NCBI GenBank assembly: GCA_020725385.1
Contig: DYFC01000032.1
Location: 63,493 to 127,492, forward strand
DNA: 64,000 bases
Reading direction: 5' to 3'
Source of the DNA: Nitrospira japonica
GTDB taxonomy: Bacteria; Nitrospirota; Thermodesulfovibrionia; Thermodesulfovibrionales; SM23-35
Positions 21,487 to 30,395 of this stretch are shown one piece after another. Numbering within the stretch: the first letter of the stretch is position 1; every line of letters begins with the position of its first letter. The notes beneath the pieces were generated by a model. That model ran no database searches. It saw only the letters and a program-made list of their open reading frames with translations, and was not told the DNA's origin. The translations under genes and the position numbers were made by a program.

Positions 21487-22823
21487 ATTTCCTCCATAAC
21501 TTTTTCCATTCCCATTCCCCTTGAACCTTTAATAAGTACAGAATCGCCTTCTCTTAATATTTTGCTTAGAATCTTTCCAGCTTCAGAAGCATTGTCTGAT
21601 GTGTAAACAATTCCTTTGAATTCATCTGAAGCTATTTTCATTAAATTTCCTACTGCTATAAAAACATCTATGTTAAGTTTTGATAGAACTCTTCCAATAT
21701 TTCTGTGTGCTTCTTCAGCATATGAGCCAAGTTCGAGCATATCTCCTAAGACTGCTATTGCTCTTGTCTTTTTAATTCTCGAAAGTTCTTCCAGAGCGCC
21801 TTGAACCGAACCTGGATTGGCATTATACATATCCTTAATAAAAGTAATTCCATCAATATAAGTATATTCCAGCCTCATTGGAACACCTTTAAAAGTATGT
21901 ACAGCTTCCCGAATATCTTTTAAAGGAATTCCTATCTTGTAAGCAATAGAAGAAGCAGCAAGTATGTTATAAACATTAAACATCCCTGATATTGAAGATT
22001 CTATCCTTGTACTTTCTTTTCCTTTAATATGCATCTCAAAACCCAGACCTTTTTCATGGAGTCTAACATCTTTTGCATAAACATCAGCAATTTCCTTTGC
22101 AGAATAATAGATAATCTCTCCATTGAAATTTGAATTTCTTATCCCTTCAACCATAAATTTATCATCAAAATTAACCACAATAGTCTTTACAAATTCAAGC
22201 ATCTCAAGTTTTGTTGAACGTATTGTTTCAATATCCCCGAATCCTGAGATATGAGCATATCCAATATTTGTTAATACTCCATAATCAGGCAACGCTATTT
22301 CGCAAAGCTGCTTTATTTCACCCTTGCCGCTTGCACCCATTTCAAGAACAATAGCTTCATCTTTCCGTGTTAAATTTGACAGACTTAGAGGAAGCCCGAT
22401 GTGATTATTAAGGTTACCTTCATTTTTTAAAACTCTACGACTTCTACCAAGAATGGCTGCTGTCAGTTCTTTTGTTGTTGTTTTGCCATTTGTTCCCGTA
22501 ATTGCAATAACAGGAATATCTCTTTTTAAACGCAAGAAACGGGCTAAGTCCTGCAAAGCTTTCAAAGTGTCTTTTACAAATATAATGGTTTTATCTGTAA
22601 TCTGCCTTGATGGCTTTATACTTACGAATGCACCAATCCCGATTTTTATTGCTTCGAGCAAAAACTCATGACCATCACTTTTAGTTCCTTTTAAAGGCAC
22701 AAATAATTCTCCATGTTTGATCTTTCTGGAATCAATACAAACTCCTGTAAAAACATCTGCACCTTTAAAGAGAATTTCTCCTCCTGTAGCTTTCAAAATG
22801 TCTTCTAATGTTATGAATCCCAT
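21471..22823 (-). CDS. murF: UDP-MurNAc-tripeptide--D-Ala-D-Ala ligase
   Basis: ITGTNGKTTTK, NNHIGLP, YNANP, GDMLELG and KGSR motifs. Confidence 0.96.
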   Translation of the reverse strand: MGFITLEDILKATGGEILFKGADVFTGVCIDSRKIKHGELFVPLKGTKSDGHEFLLEAIKIGIGAFVSIKPSRQITDKTIIFVKDTLKALQDLARFLRLKRDIPVIAITGTNGKTTTKELTAAILGRSRRVLKNEGNLNNHIGLPLSLSNLTRKDEAIVLEMGASGKGEIKQLCEIALPDYGVLTNIGYAHISGFGDIETIRSTKLEMLEFVKTIVVNFDDKFMVEGIRNSNFNGEIIYYSAKEIADVYAKDVRLHEKGLGFEMHIKGKESTRIESSISGMFNVYNILAASSIAYKIGIPLKDIREAVHTFKGVPMRLEYTYIDGITFIKDMYNANPGSVQGALEELSRIKKTRAIAVLGDMLELGSYAEEAHRNIGRVLSKLNIDVFIAVGNLMKIASDEFKGIVYTSDNASEAGKILSKILREGDSVLIKGSRGMGMEKVMEEICCTV

Positions 22824-22855
22824 AATTTAAATATGTTTATCCTTTAAATTTTTAG

Positions 22856-23037
22856 GTTCTTCTCTAATTTAGTTGCTCCAAAACTCTCTTTTGTCACTCT
22901 TTCTAAAACCTTCTGTGTCATTCCCGCGCAAGCGGGAATCCAGTTTATTTATAATTTTTCATATTTTTCTGGATTCCCCGATCAAGTCGGGGAATGACAG
23001 TTTGTCTACTTATTCAGCAACTTTTTTGGAGAAGAAC
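22856..23037. mobile_element. 182-bp MITE-like element with imperfect 22-bp TIRs and an inverted pair of REP-like hairpins, between murE and murF
   Basis: Left end GTTCTTCTCTAATTTAGTTGCT (22856-22877); right end reverse complement GTTCTTCTCCAAAAAAGTTGCT (23016-23037). Internal hairpins GTCATTCCCGCGCAAGCGGGAATCCAG (22917-22943) and CTGGATTCCCCGATCAAGTCGGGGAATGAC (22969-22998). A second copy starts at 45320. Confidence 0.8.
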
Positions 23038-23079
23038 AAATTTTTTATAATTATTCATCCCATTAAAGTGAATACGAAC

Positions 23080-24657
23080 TTATTCTGTACTTTTATTAAG
23101 TCTTTTTTCTATTGCCTGTCTTGCAATTTCTTTATCGCTAAAATGTTTTTTTACACCTTCTATTTCCTGATAATCTTCATGTCCCTTCCCTGCTATCAAT
23201 ATAATGTCCCCTGTTTTTGCCATATTTATGGCATGTTTAATAGCCTTTTCACGATCAGGCTCAACAATATAATTTTTATTTACAGTACCTTTTTCAATAT
23301 CATCAATAATTTGCAAAGGGTCTTCTGTTCTTGGATTATCCGATGTAATAACCACAAAATCACTAAGGGATGTTGCTGCTCTACCCATTGCAGGTCTTTT
23401 ACCTCTGTCCCTGTCACCACCGCATCCAAATACTGTAATTATTGAACCTTTCTTTGTAATAAGCCGACCTTCAGGAGCATTGAAATTAAGAAGTTCTCTT
23501 GCAGTGATTATAAGTCTTTCAAGAGCATCTTCGGTGTGGGCATAGTCAATAATACATAGAAAGTCCTGGCCAATGTCAACTTTTTCAAATCTTCCGGGAA
23601 CAGTTTTAGTATTTTTAATTCCTTCTGCAATTATATTTAAAGGAACATTCATTGATTTTGCTGCTCCGGCAGCAGCCATAATATTATAAACATTGAACAT
23701 ACCGATTAAAGATGTATCTATCTGTATAGTCTCATTGTTGATTTGAAGCAAGAAATTCATTCCATTATATGAGAAATTAATTTTTGATGCTGTTATATCG
23801 GACCCCGGTTGAAGTCCAAAAGTAAGAATATTCAAGGTAGAGGTAAGCCATCTAACAGGAAGTAATTCAGAATAAAGTTGTTTTCCAAAAATATCATCAA
23901 TATTTATTATTGCAGTACCATCGGAAGAAAGCAATTCGACAAATAATCTTCTTTTTGCATAGAAATAATTTTCCATTGTTTTATGAAAATCGAGATGATC
24001 CCTTGTTAAATTTGTAAATACAGCGACTTTAAACTTTGCTCCATCAACCCTATATTGTGCAAGTGCGTGTGATGAAACTTCCGAGATAACATCTGTACAA
24101 CCCGCATCAAACATATCTTTCAAAAGATGCTGGAATTCAGGCGATTCAGGTGTCGTATGTATTGCCGGTATTATATTATCACCAATCATATATTGTATTG
24201 TACCTATAAGGCCAACCTTACGTTGCCATGCTTCGAGAATTGATTTTAATATATATGTGATGGTTGTCTTTCCATTAGTCCCTGTTATTCCTATTAGATT
24301 TAGTTTTTCCGATGGTCTTCCATAAAAATTATTTGACATGCAGGCAAGTTCTTTCCTGGTGTTTTCAACATGAATAAATACAATAGAATCGGGCTTGTTA
24401 CCCGAGGCAGTAAATAAATTTATCTGTTCTTTATCAAGTTGTTTTTCATGTACAATCGCAACAGCGCCTTTTTGTATAGCATCTTGAATAAAATTATGTC
24501 CATCAAATTTTTCTCCATGAATCGCTACAAAAATCCAGTCTTTTTTAACCTGCCGTGAATTATAAGTAATACCTGAAATATTAATTACATTCAGGACATT
24601 ATTTGTATTAATACTATTAGAAATTTTACAGTTTTCTATTATTTCCCTTAAAATCAT
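23080..24657 (-). CDS. murE: UDP-MurNAc-dipeptide--meso-DAP ligase
   Basis: GITGTNGKTT, EVSSH, DHLDFH, DYAHT, FGCGGDRD, DNPR (DAP-type) and GKGHE motifs. Confidence 0.97.
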   Translation of the reverse strand: MILREIIENCKISNSINTNNVLNVINISGITYNSRQVKKDWIFVAIHGEKFDGHNFIQDAIQKGAVAIVHEKQLDKEQINLFTASGNKPDSIVFIHVENTRKELACMSNNFYGRPSEKLNLIGITGTNGKTTITYILKSILEAWQRKVGLIGTIQYMIGDNIIPAIHTTPESPEFQHLLKDMFDAGCTDVISEVSSHALAQYRVDGAKFKVAVFTNLTRDHLDFHKTMENYFYAKRRLFVELLSSDGTAIINIDDIFGKQLYSELLPVRWLTSTLNILTFGLQPGSDITASKINFSYNGMNFLLQINNETIQIDTSLIGMFNVYNIMAAAGAAKSMNVPLNIIAEGIKNTKTVPGRFEKVDIGQDFLCIIDYAHTEDALERLIITARELLNFNAPEGRLITKKGSIITVFGCGGDRDRGKRPAMGRAATSLSDFVVITSDNPRTEDPLQIIDDIEKGTVNKNYIVEPDREKAIKHAINMAKTGDIILIAGKGHEDYQEIEGVKKHFSDKEIARQAIEKRLNKSTE

Positions 24658-26360
24658 CTCATTACCAGAATATCAGGCTTGTTTTGTTTTTCTTCAATTG
24701 GCACATTCAGATAAGAGAGTGCCTGATTTGCTATATCACGAAATACTGGAGCAGCAACTGTTCCACCATAAATCTGACCTTTGGGCTCATAAACTACGAC
24801 TATCATCGCTATTCGCGGGTTATTTGCCGGAACGAATCCCACGAAAGAACTTACATATTTTTCTTTTGAATATCTTTTTGTAACAGGATTAATCATTTGT
24901 GCGGTTCCTGTTTTGCCCGCGACATCATTGCCGTCTATAGATGCAAGAGTGCCTGTGCCACCTTCTTCGGTGACGCTTTTCAGAATTTCTCTGAAAGTTT
25001 CTGCTGTTTTACTGGATATTATGCGTATTTTTTCTGTGTCATTGAACGAAGCAATTATACGGCCTTCAGGAGATATAATTTCTTTGACCACATGTGGTGT
25101 TATAAGAAAGCCTCCATTTGCAACAGCAGAATATGCACGCAACATTTGTAATGGCGTAACAGCAACTTCCTGTCCGATAGGAATAGCGCCTATAGAAGTC
25201 GCAGACCATTTTTCAGGTGGACGAATCCAGCCCGATACTTCGCCGGGCAAGTCAATTCCTGTTTTTTCTCCGATGCCGAGTAGTTTTGCATATTTATATA
25301 ACCTTTCTTTTCCAAGTCTCATACCAACCATTATCGAACCAACATTGGACGATTTCTGGATAACTTCTTTGAATGTCAGGACTCCATATTTATGAACATC
25401 CCTGATTGTCTTGCCACCAACTTCTATGCCACCTCTACTTACATCAAAAAGACTATTTGGTTTGACAATTTTTTCTTCTATAGCACCAACCCCAATCACA
25501 ATCTTAAAAGTCGAACCAGGTTCATAGCAGTCTGTAATTGCCCTGTTACGTCTTTCAGATGCATTTGCACTGCTTCCCTTATTCAGGTCATAGTCAGGCA
25601 TATTTGCGAGAGCAAGAATTTCACCATTAAACGGATCCATCATTATTACAGAGCCTGCAACAGCCCTCCATTTAGACATTGCTTTATCAAGTTCTTTTTC
25701 GACTATACGTTGTAGAACCTCATCGATTGTCAAAATTATGTTATTTCCTTTTATTTCGGTATTGACGCCTGAAGAAAGAATTCTCCCTCCGGCATCTCTT
25801 TCTACAATCACTTTTCCACCGTTTGCTTTAAGATATTTATCATATTTAAGTTCTATTCCTTCCAGAGACTGATTGTCAACACCAACGAAACCGATAACAT
25901 GGGATGCGAGATTAGATTTTGGATAATATCTTTTTGCCTCTGTTAAAAATCCGAGTCCATTTATTTTTAATTCCTTTATTTTTTCTGCTTTTTCAGGTTC
26001 GATTTTCCTTCCGAGCCAGACAAACCTTCCCTGTTCTGGTATTTTTGCTAAAATAGCTTCAGGCTTTTGGTTCATTAATGAAGCAAGAATTCCTAATTTT
26101 TCATTTTCACGTATAAAATTCTGTGGATCACAATAAACTGAATCAAAATCTAAGTTAAGGGCGAATTCTCTTCCGCGTCGATCTACGATAATTCCTCTCC
26201 TTGCCTGGATGTCCTCAACCTTAATGTATTGTTTCTTTGCGCTATTAGCAAGAATTTTATGGTCGAAAATCATTAAATCCACGAGACGAAATATAACTAT
26301 GAAAAAGCTAAAAATTATAACAGTATTGAGGATTACAGCCCTTTTTTTATTCAACCCCAC
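24654..26360 (-). CDS. ftsI: Septal transpeptidase PBP3/FtsI
   Basis: RGIIVDR, EPGSTFK (SxxK), SSN and GKTGTAQ motifs. Confidence 0.95.
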   Translation of the reverse strand: MGLNKKRAVILNTVIIFSFFIVIFRLVDLMIFDHKILANSAKKQYIKVEDIQARRGIIVDRRGREFALNLDFDSVYCDPQNFIRENEKLGILASLMNQKPEAILAKIPEQGRFVWLGRKIEPEKAEKIKELKINGLGFLTEAKRYYPKSNLASHVIGFVGVDNQSLEGIELKYDKYLKANGGKVIVERDAGGRILSSGVNTEIKGNNIILTIDEVLQRIVEKELDKAMSKWRAVAGSVIMMDPFNGEILALANMPDYDLNKGSSANASERRNRAITDCYEPGSTFKIVIGVGAIEEKIVKPNSLFDVSRGGIEVGGKTIRDVHKYGVLTFKEVIQKSSNVGSIMVGMRLGKERLYKYAKLLGIGEKTGIDLPGEVSGWIRPPEKWSATSIGAIPIGQEVAVTPLQMLRAYSAVANGGFLITPHVVKEIISPEGRIIASFNDTEKIRIISSKTAETFREILKSVTEEGGTGTLASIDGNDVAGKTGTAQMINPVTKRYSKEKYVSSFVGFVPANNPRIAMIVVVYEPKGQIYGGTVAAPVFRDIANQALSYLNVPIEEKQNKPDILVMR

Positions 26361-26369
26361 CTCACAATT

Positions 26370-26717
26370 TTAGGGCTCGTTCAGGTTTCTTTTCTCCAGA
26401 GAAGCCCTGTAAGGCATATATTTTTTATTCTTATCAATACTCATTACTTTGATTCTATCCGGTATGATGAAGCCTTCTTCAGAAGGTTGAGTTGTAGTAA
26501 TTTTTGCGAAAGATAGAATATTCGTTCTTTCTGCAAGAAGAAGTTTTCTTTCCCTTAAAGCATTCGTCTTTTTATTTTCTAATTCACCAATGCTATATTC
26601 AAGTTTGAGAAAATCGGAACGTAATTTAACTATACCAAACACACATAGTACGAGGAGAATTACAAGAAAACTTTTAAGCATAAAAGATAGGAATCCGGAT
26701 CTTTTTCTTCGCATCAT
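26370..26717 (-). CDS. ftsL: Probable FtsL-like cell division protein
   Basis: Basic N-terminus, one TM and a coiled coil; sits between rsmH and ftsI. Assigned mainly by position. Confidence 0.65.
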   Translation of the reverse strand: MMRRKRSGFLSFMLKSFLVILLVLCVFGIVKLRSDFLKLEYSIGELENKKTNALRERKLLLAERTNILSFAKITTTQPSEEGFIIPDRIKVMSIDKNKKYMPYRASLEKRNLNEP

Positions 26718-27589
26718 ATTTTCTCCGCAACCCTTAATTTTGCACTTCTTGAAGCAGGATTCATTTCAATTTCTTCTAAAGAAGCTGTTACGGGTTTTTT
26801 AGTTATTTTTCTAAAAGTTTCTTTTTTTACTTTATCTGCTATAAACTGTTTTACAATTCTGTCTTCGAGAGAATGATATGAAATTACACATAATCTACCT
26901 GTTCTTTTCAGAAGACTCTCTGCAGCGCATAGGCCTGCATTTAAATTTTCGAGTTCTTTGTTTACTTCAATTCTTAAGGCCTGAAAAGTTTTCGTAGCAG
27001 GATGTATTTTCCCTCTTTTTCTATATACACTTTCCACAATTTTCGCGAGTTCCGCACATGTATCAATCGGACTTCTTTCTCTATTTTTTACTATTAATCG
27101 TGCTATCTTGCGCGAATGTCTTTCTTCTCCATATTCCCAGAGAATCCTGCTTAAATCTTTTTCAGAATAATTATTAATTACATCCCATGCAGATAGTATC
27201 TGTGTCATATCCATTCTCATATCCAGTTTTTCATCAGATGAAAAACTGAACCCCCTTTCAGCATCTTTCATCTGAATCATTGAAATACCGAGGTCAAATA
27301 ATATTCCATCAACTTCAGAGATGCCTTCTTCAAGAAGGATATTCCCCATATCTTTAAAATTCCCCCTTCTCAAAATGACCCTGCTGTCAGAAAATTTTTT
27401 AGCTGCAAATTCGATTGCTCTAATATCTTTATCTATGCCTATTAATTTTCCCTTGCTATTAAGATGCTTCAAAATAAGCTCTGAATGACCGCCGGGTCCT
27501 AATGTAGCATCAACATAAACTCCGTCTTTTTTAATTTTTAAAGCATCTAAAACTTCTCTATGCAAAACAGGAAAATGTACTTTCTCCAT
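26714..27589 (-). CDS. rsmH: 16S rRNA m4C1402 methyltransferase RsmH (MraW)
   Basis: DATLGPGGHS, DLGIS, LDMRMD, HPATKTFQALRI, HSLEDR and SAKLR motifs. Confidence 0.97.
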   Translation of the reverse strand: MEKVHFPVLHREVLDALKIKKDGVYVDATLGPGGHSELILKHLNSKGKLIGIDKDIRAIEFAAKKFSDSRVILRRGNFKDMGNILLEEGISEVDGILFDLGISMIQMKDAERGFSFSSDEKLDMRMDMTQILSAWDVINNYSEKDLSRILWEYGEERHSRKIARLIVKNRERSPIDTCAELAKIVESVYRKRGKIHPATKTFQALRIEVNKELENLNAGLCAAESLLKRTGRLCVISYHSLEDRIVKQFIADKVKKETFRKITKKPVTASLEEIEMNPASRSAKLRVAEKI

Positions 27590-27600
27590 AAAAATAATAT

Positions 27601-28053
27601 CTATATTTCATACGACGACAGCCTCTCTGCATATGCTTTCCAGTCAATTTTTGCAGGATCAAATGAATTGTTCCATGAATCTCTGTCCCATAGTTCTATT
27701 TTTTCTATTTGACCTGCAATAACTACATCGGAATTCAGTCCTGCATCTTCACGTAAAGAAGCGGGAACCAAGATTCTTCCTTGTTTATCCATTTCTGTTT
27801 CAACTGCTGATGCGACAACTCTTCTTAAATAGTAACGTACTGCTTCATCAGAACGTGGTTTAGAACGGATATTTTCGAGGTGTTTGTTCCATTCCTCAAG
27901 TGGATAAATTAATAAACAGGCATCAAAAGGAGCATTTGTAATATATAATTTAGTGCTATAATTACTTGTAATAATTTCTCTGAAAGGAGCCGGTATAATT
28001 AATCTGCCCTTTTGGTCTAATGTGTAATAATATTTTCCAGAGAAAGATGGCAC
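27601..28053 (-). CDS. mraZ: Transcriptional regulator MraZ (probable GTG start at 28053; the ORF track gives 28065)
   Basis: LDQKGRLIIP and MDKQGRILVP repeats, IELW; GGAGG SD upstream of the GTG at 28053. Confidence 0.95.
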   Translation of the reverse strand: MPSFSGKYYYTLDQKGRLIIPAPFREIITSNYSTKLYITNAPFDACLLIYPLEEWNKHLENIRSKPRSDEAVRYYLRRVVASAVETEMDKQGRILVPASLREDAGLNSDVVIAGQIEKIELWDRDSWNNSFDPAKIDWKAYAERLSSYEI

Positions 28054-28060
28054 TTTTCCC

Positions 28061-28087
28061 TCCACTTTTTACCACTTTCTACCACTA
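28061..28087 (-). promoter_or_regulatory. MraZ operator (dcw boxes): three AGTGG repeats at 10-bp period
   Basis: CCACT at 28062, 28072 and 28082 on the + strand, immediately upstream of mraZ. This matches the known GTGG[N6]GTGG MraZ binding repeats. Confidence 0.85.
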
Positions 28088-28088
28088 A

Positions 28089-28117
28089 ATAATAATTTGA
28101 TATAGAAATATTGTCAA
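28089..28117 (-). promoter_or_regulatory. Sigma70 promoter of the dcw operon
   Basis: TTGACA (28117-28112)-17 bp-TATTAT (28094-28089), directly upstream of the MraZ boxes. Confidence 0.7.
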
Positions 28118-28410
28118 GTAAAAAAATCATATTCCTATATTATGTATATGTTTATACCTATAACTACAATATGTTGGATATGTATATATAAATTAGACCA
28201 AAGAAATAAAATTGAGATTAGGTTGTGTAATGGTAATCTTTATTATGTTATTTTTTAACTTGTTTCTGAGGCAGCTGACATAACAAAATGCAAATGTGAA
28301 ACAGTTCAAACTGTCCAAAAAGTTTTTATAGGTTTAATTAAAAACGTGAAATACAGGATTCCTCACATTTATTTGAAATGGCAGAAAAACTGTTCATACT
28401 TTACGTTTTC

Positions 28411-28480
28411 TATACTATTTACTTTTCGCTCTTTGTTCTATGCTCTCTGCTCTTCGCTATTTGCTCTTTGCTATTTGCTT
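28411..28480. repeat. Degenerate heptamer array (consensus TTTGCTC)x10 in the mraZ-hup intergenic region
   Basis: TATACTA TTTACTT TTCGCTC TTTGTTC TATGCTC TCTGCTC TTCGCTA TTTGCTC TTTGCTA TTTGCTT. Confidence 0.8.
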
Positions 28481-28621
28481 GTTAGCTTGACTTCTTGGAA
28501 TTTTTGCATCTTATTTTTCATATAATTTTTGTCTTGACAAAAAGATTTCTTACTTGATACTGTTATTTCAGGCTTTATTTTCCATTTATTAAAATCCAAA
28601 AACAAAGAGGGGGGTGATTAG

Positions 28622-28894
28622 ATGACAAAAGCTGAGTTAATCGACAAAATCGCAACGAGTACAGGTTTAACCAAAGCTGTTGCATCAAGGGCACTTGAAG
28701 CTACTTTAAATTCAATAAGAACTGCACTCAAAAAAGGACAAAAAGTTACTCTTATAGGTTTTGGCACTTTTTCAGTCACAAAAAGAAAATCCAGAAAAGG
28801 CCGCAATCCTCGTACCGGCGCTATTATTACAATTCCTGCTGCTAAGATACCAAAGTTTACAGCCGGAAAAGCTCTCAAAGACGCAATTAAATAA
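28622..28894 (+). CDS. hup: HU family DNA-binding protein
   Basis: MTKAELI, GFGTF, GRNPRTG and PKFTAGKALK motifs. Confidence 0.96.
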   Translation: MTKAELIDKIATSTGLTKAVASRALEATLNSIRTALKKGQKVTLIGFGTFSVTKRKSRKGRNPRTGAIITIPAAKIPKFTAGKALKDAIK

Positions 28895-28910
28895 TCATAT
28901 TTATAATAAA

Positions 28911-28940
28911 TTAAAGGGGCAAATTGAATTGCCCCTTTAA
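28911..28940 (+). terminator. Intrinsic terminator-like hairpin after hup
   Basis: TTAAAGGGGCAA-ATTGAA-TTGCCCCTTTAA, a perfect 12-bp stem. Confidence 0.75.
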
Positions 28941-28982
28941 TGGAATTTCTTTCATTAATCTATTTTTACAAAGGAGGTATTT

Positions 28983-29288
28983 ATGTTAGCGGAATTTAGT
29001 ATAGTTCCGGTAGGCTCTGGTAGTAGTATTGGAACAAGACTTGCTGAAGTCCTTGATATTGTTGATTCAAGCGGAATACCATATAAAATCAATCCTATGG
29101 GTACTGTAGTTGAAGGTGAGTGGGATGATATTATGAAACTGATAAAAAAGTGTCACAAAACTGTAATGAAATCTGAAGAAAGAGCAGTAACAACTATTAC
29201 AATTGATGATCGTAAAGGAAAACCAAACAGGATAGAAGAAAAAGTAAAATCTATTGAGAAGAGGCTCGGTAAATCCCTCAAAAAGTAA
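28983..29288 (+). CDS. MTH1187/YkoF family thiamine-binding protein
   Basis: AEFSIVPVG, PMGTVVEGEWD, IDDR and KVKS..KRL pattern. Confidence 0.88.
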   Translation: MLAEFSIVPVGSGSSIGTRLAEVLDIVDSSGIPYKINPMGTVVEGEWDDIMKLIKKCHKTVMKSEERAVTTITIDDRKGKPNRIEEKVKSIEKRLGKSLKK

Positions 29289-29297
29289 GGAGGTCTT

Positions 29298-30395
29298 ATG
29301 TCTTCAAAAATAACCATTTCTGTGATCAAAGCCGATGTTGGTGGTTATGTAGGACACTCGAGTATTCATAATGATATAATCCAGACAGCAAAGGAAAAAT
29401 TGAATAATGCTATAGAACAGGATATCCTTATAGATTTTCATGTAACCCGGTGTGGAGATGATCTCGAGCTAATAATGACTCACAAATACGGAACAGATGC
29501 TCAGAATATTCATAAACTCGCATGGAATACATTTGTTGCATGTACTGAAGTTGCGAAAGATTTAAAATTATATGGTGCCGGACAGGATCTTCTTTCAGAT
29601 GCTTTTACAGGAACAGTGAAAGGCATGGGTCCTGGAGTTGCAGAAATGGAATTTGAAGAAAGAAAAAGCGAGCCGATAATTATTTTTATGGCAGACAAAA
29701 CTTCTCCGGGAGCATGGAATCTTCCTTTATATAAAATATTTGCAGACCCTTTCAATACAGCAGGACTTGTAATAGACACTGCAATGCATGAAGGCTTTAT
29801 ATTCGAAGTTCTTGACGTTTATAAACGCAGGAAAATAACTTTTAGTTGCCCGGAAGAATTATACAATCTATTAATGTTTATAGGTGCCCTACGAAGATTT
29901 ATGATTAAAAGTGTTTACAGAAAAGATGGTGTGATTGCAGCTACAGCATCCACTCAAAAGCTCAGTCTTATTGCAGGCAAATACGTGGGCAAAGATGATC
30001 CTGTATTGATCGTTCGTTGTCAGTCAGGTCTTCCTGCGATTGGCGAGGTTCTTGAACCATTTGCATTTCCGCATACAGTCGAGGGATGGATGCGGGGTTC
30101 ACACAGAGGCCCGTTAATGCCGGTTGCCTTTTATGAAGCAAATCCTTCAAGATTTGATGGACCGCCAAGAGTTATCGCAGCAGGTTTCCAGTTATGTAAC
30201 GGGAAACTCATAGGGCCAAGAGATCTTTTTGATGACCCTGCATTTGATGAAGCAAGAAGAAAAGCAAATGAAATTGCAAATTATTATAGACAGCATGGAT
30301 CATTTGAACCTCATAGACTCGGACTTGAAGATCTTGAATATACTACAATGGATAAACTTATGAAAAATCTCGAAAGCAGATTTATTCCTGAATAA
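29298..30395 (+). CDS. fbp: Bifunctional fructose-1,6-bisphosphate aldolase/phosphatase (FBPase class V)
   Basis: IKADVG, GDD, YGAGQDLL, ADKT, YVGKDDP (Schiff-base Lys), GWMRGSH and RFDGPP motifs. Confidence 0.95.
   Translation: MSSKITISVIKADVGGYVGHSSIHNDIIQTAKEKLNNAIEQDILIDFHVTRCGDDLELIMTHKYGTDAQNIHKLAWNTFVACTEVAKDLKLYGAGQDLLSDAFTGTVKGMGPGVAEMEFEERKSEPIIIFMADKTSPGAWNLPLYKIFADPFNTAGLVIDTAMHEGFIFEVLDVYKRRKITFSCPEELYNLLMFIGALRRFMIKSVYRKDGVIAATASTQKLSLIAGKYVGKDDPVLIVRCQSGLPAIGEVLEPFAFPHTVEGWMRGSHRGPLMPVAFYEANPSRFDGPPRVIAAGFQLCNGKLIGPRDLFDDPAFDEARRKANEIANYYRQHGSFEPHRLGLEDLEYTTMDKLMKNLESRFIPE

Noticed and set aside
22873-23445. 190-aa + strand ORF containing VSFPRKRES and LDSPIKSGND
   Set aside because: It is read-through of the REP/MITE palindromes plus antisense of murE; no protein-like features.
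29298-30395. Archaeal-type FBP aldolase/phosphatase as a novelty
   Set aside because: Well known in deep-branching and autotrophic bacteria; the catalytic motifs are canonical.
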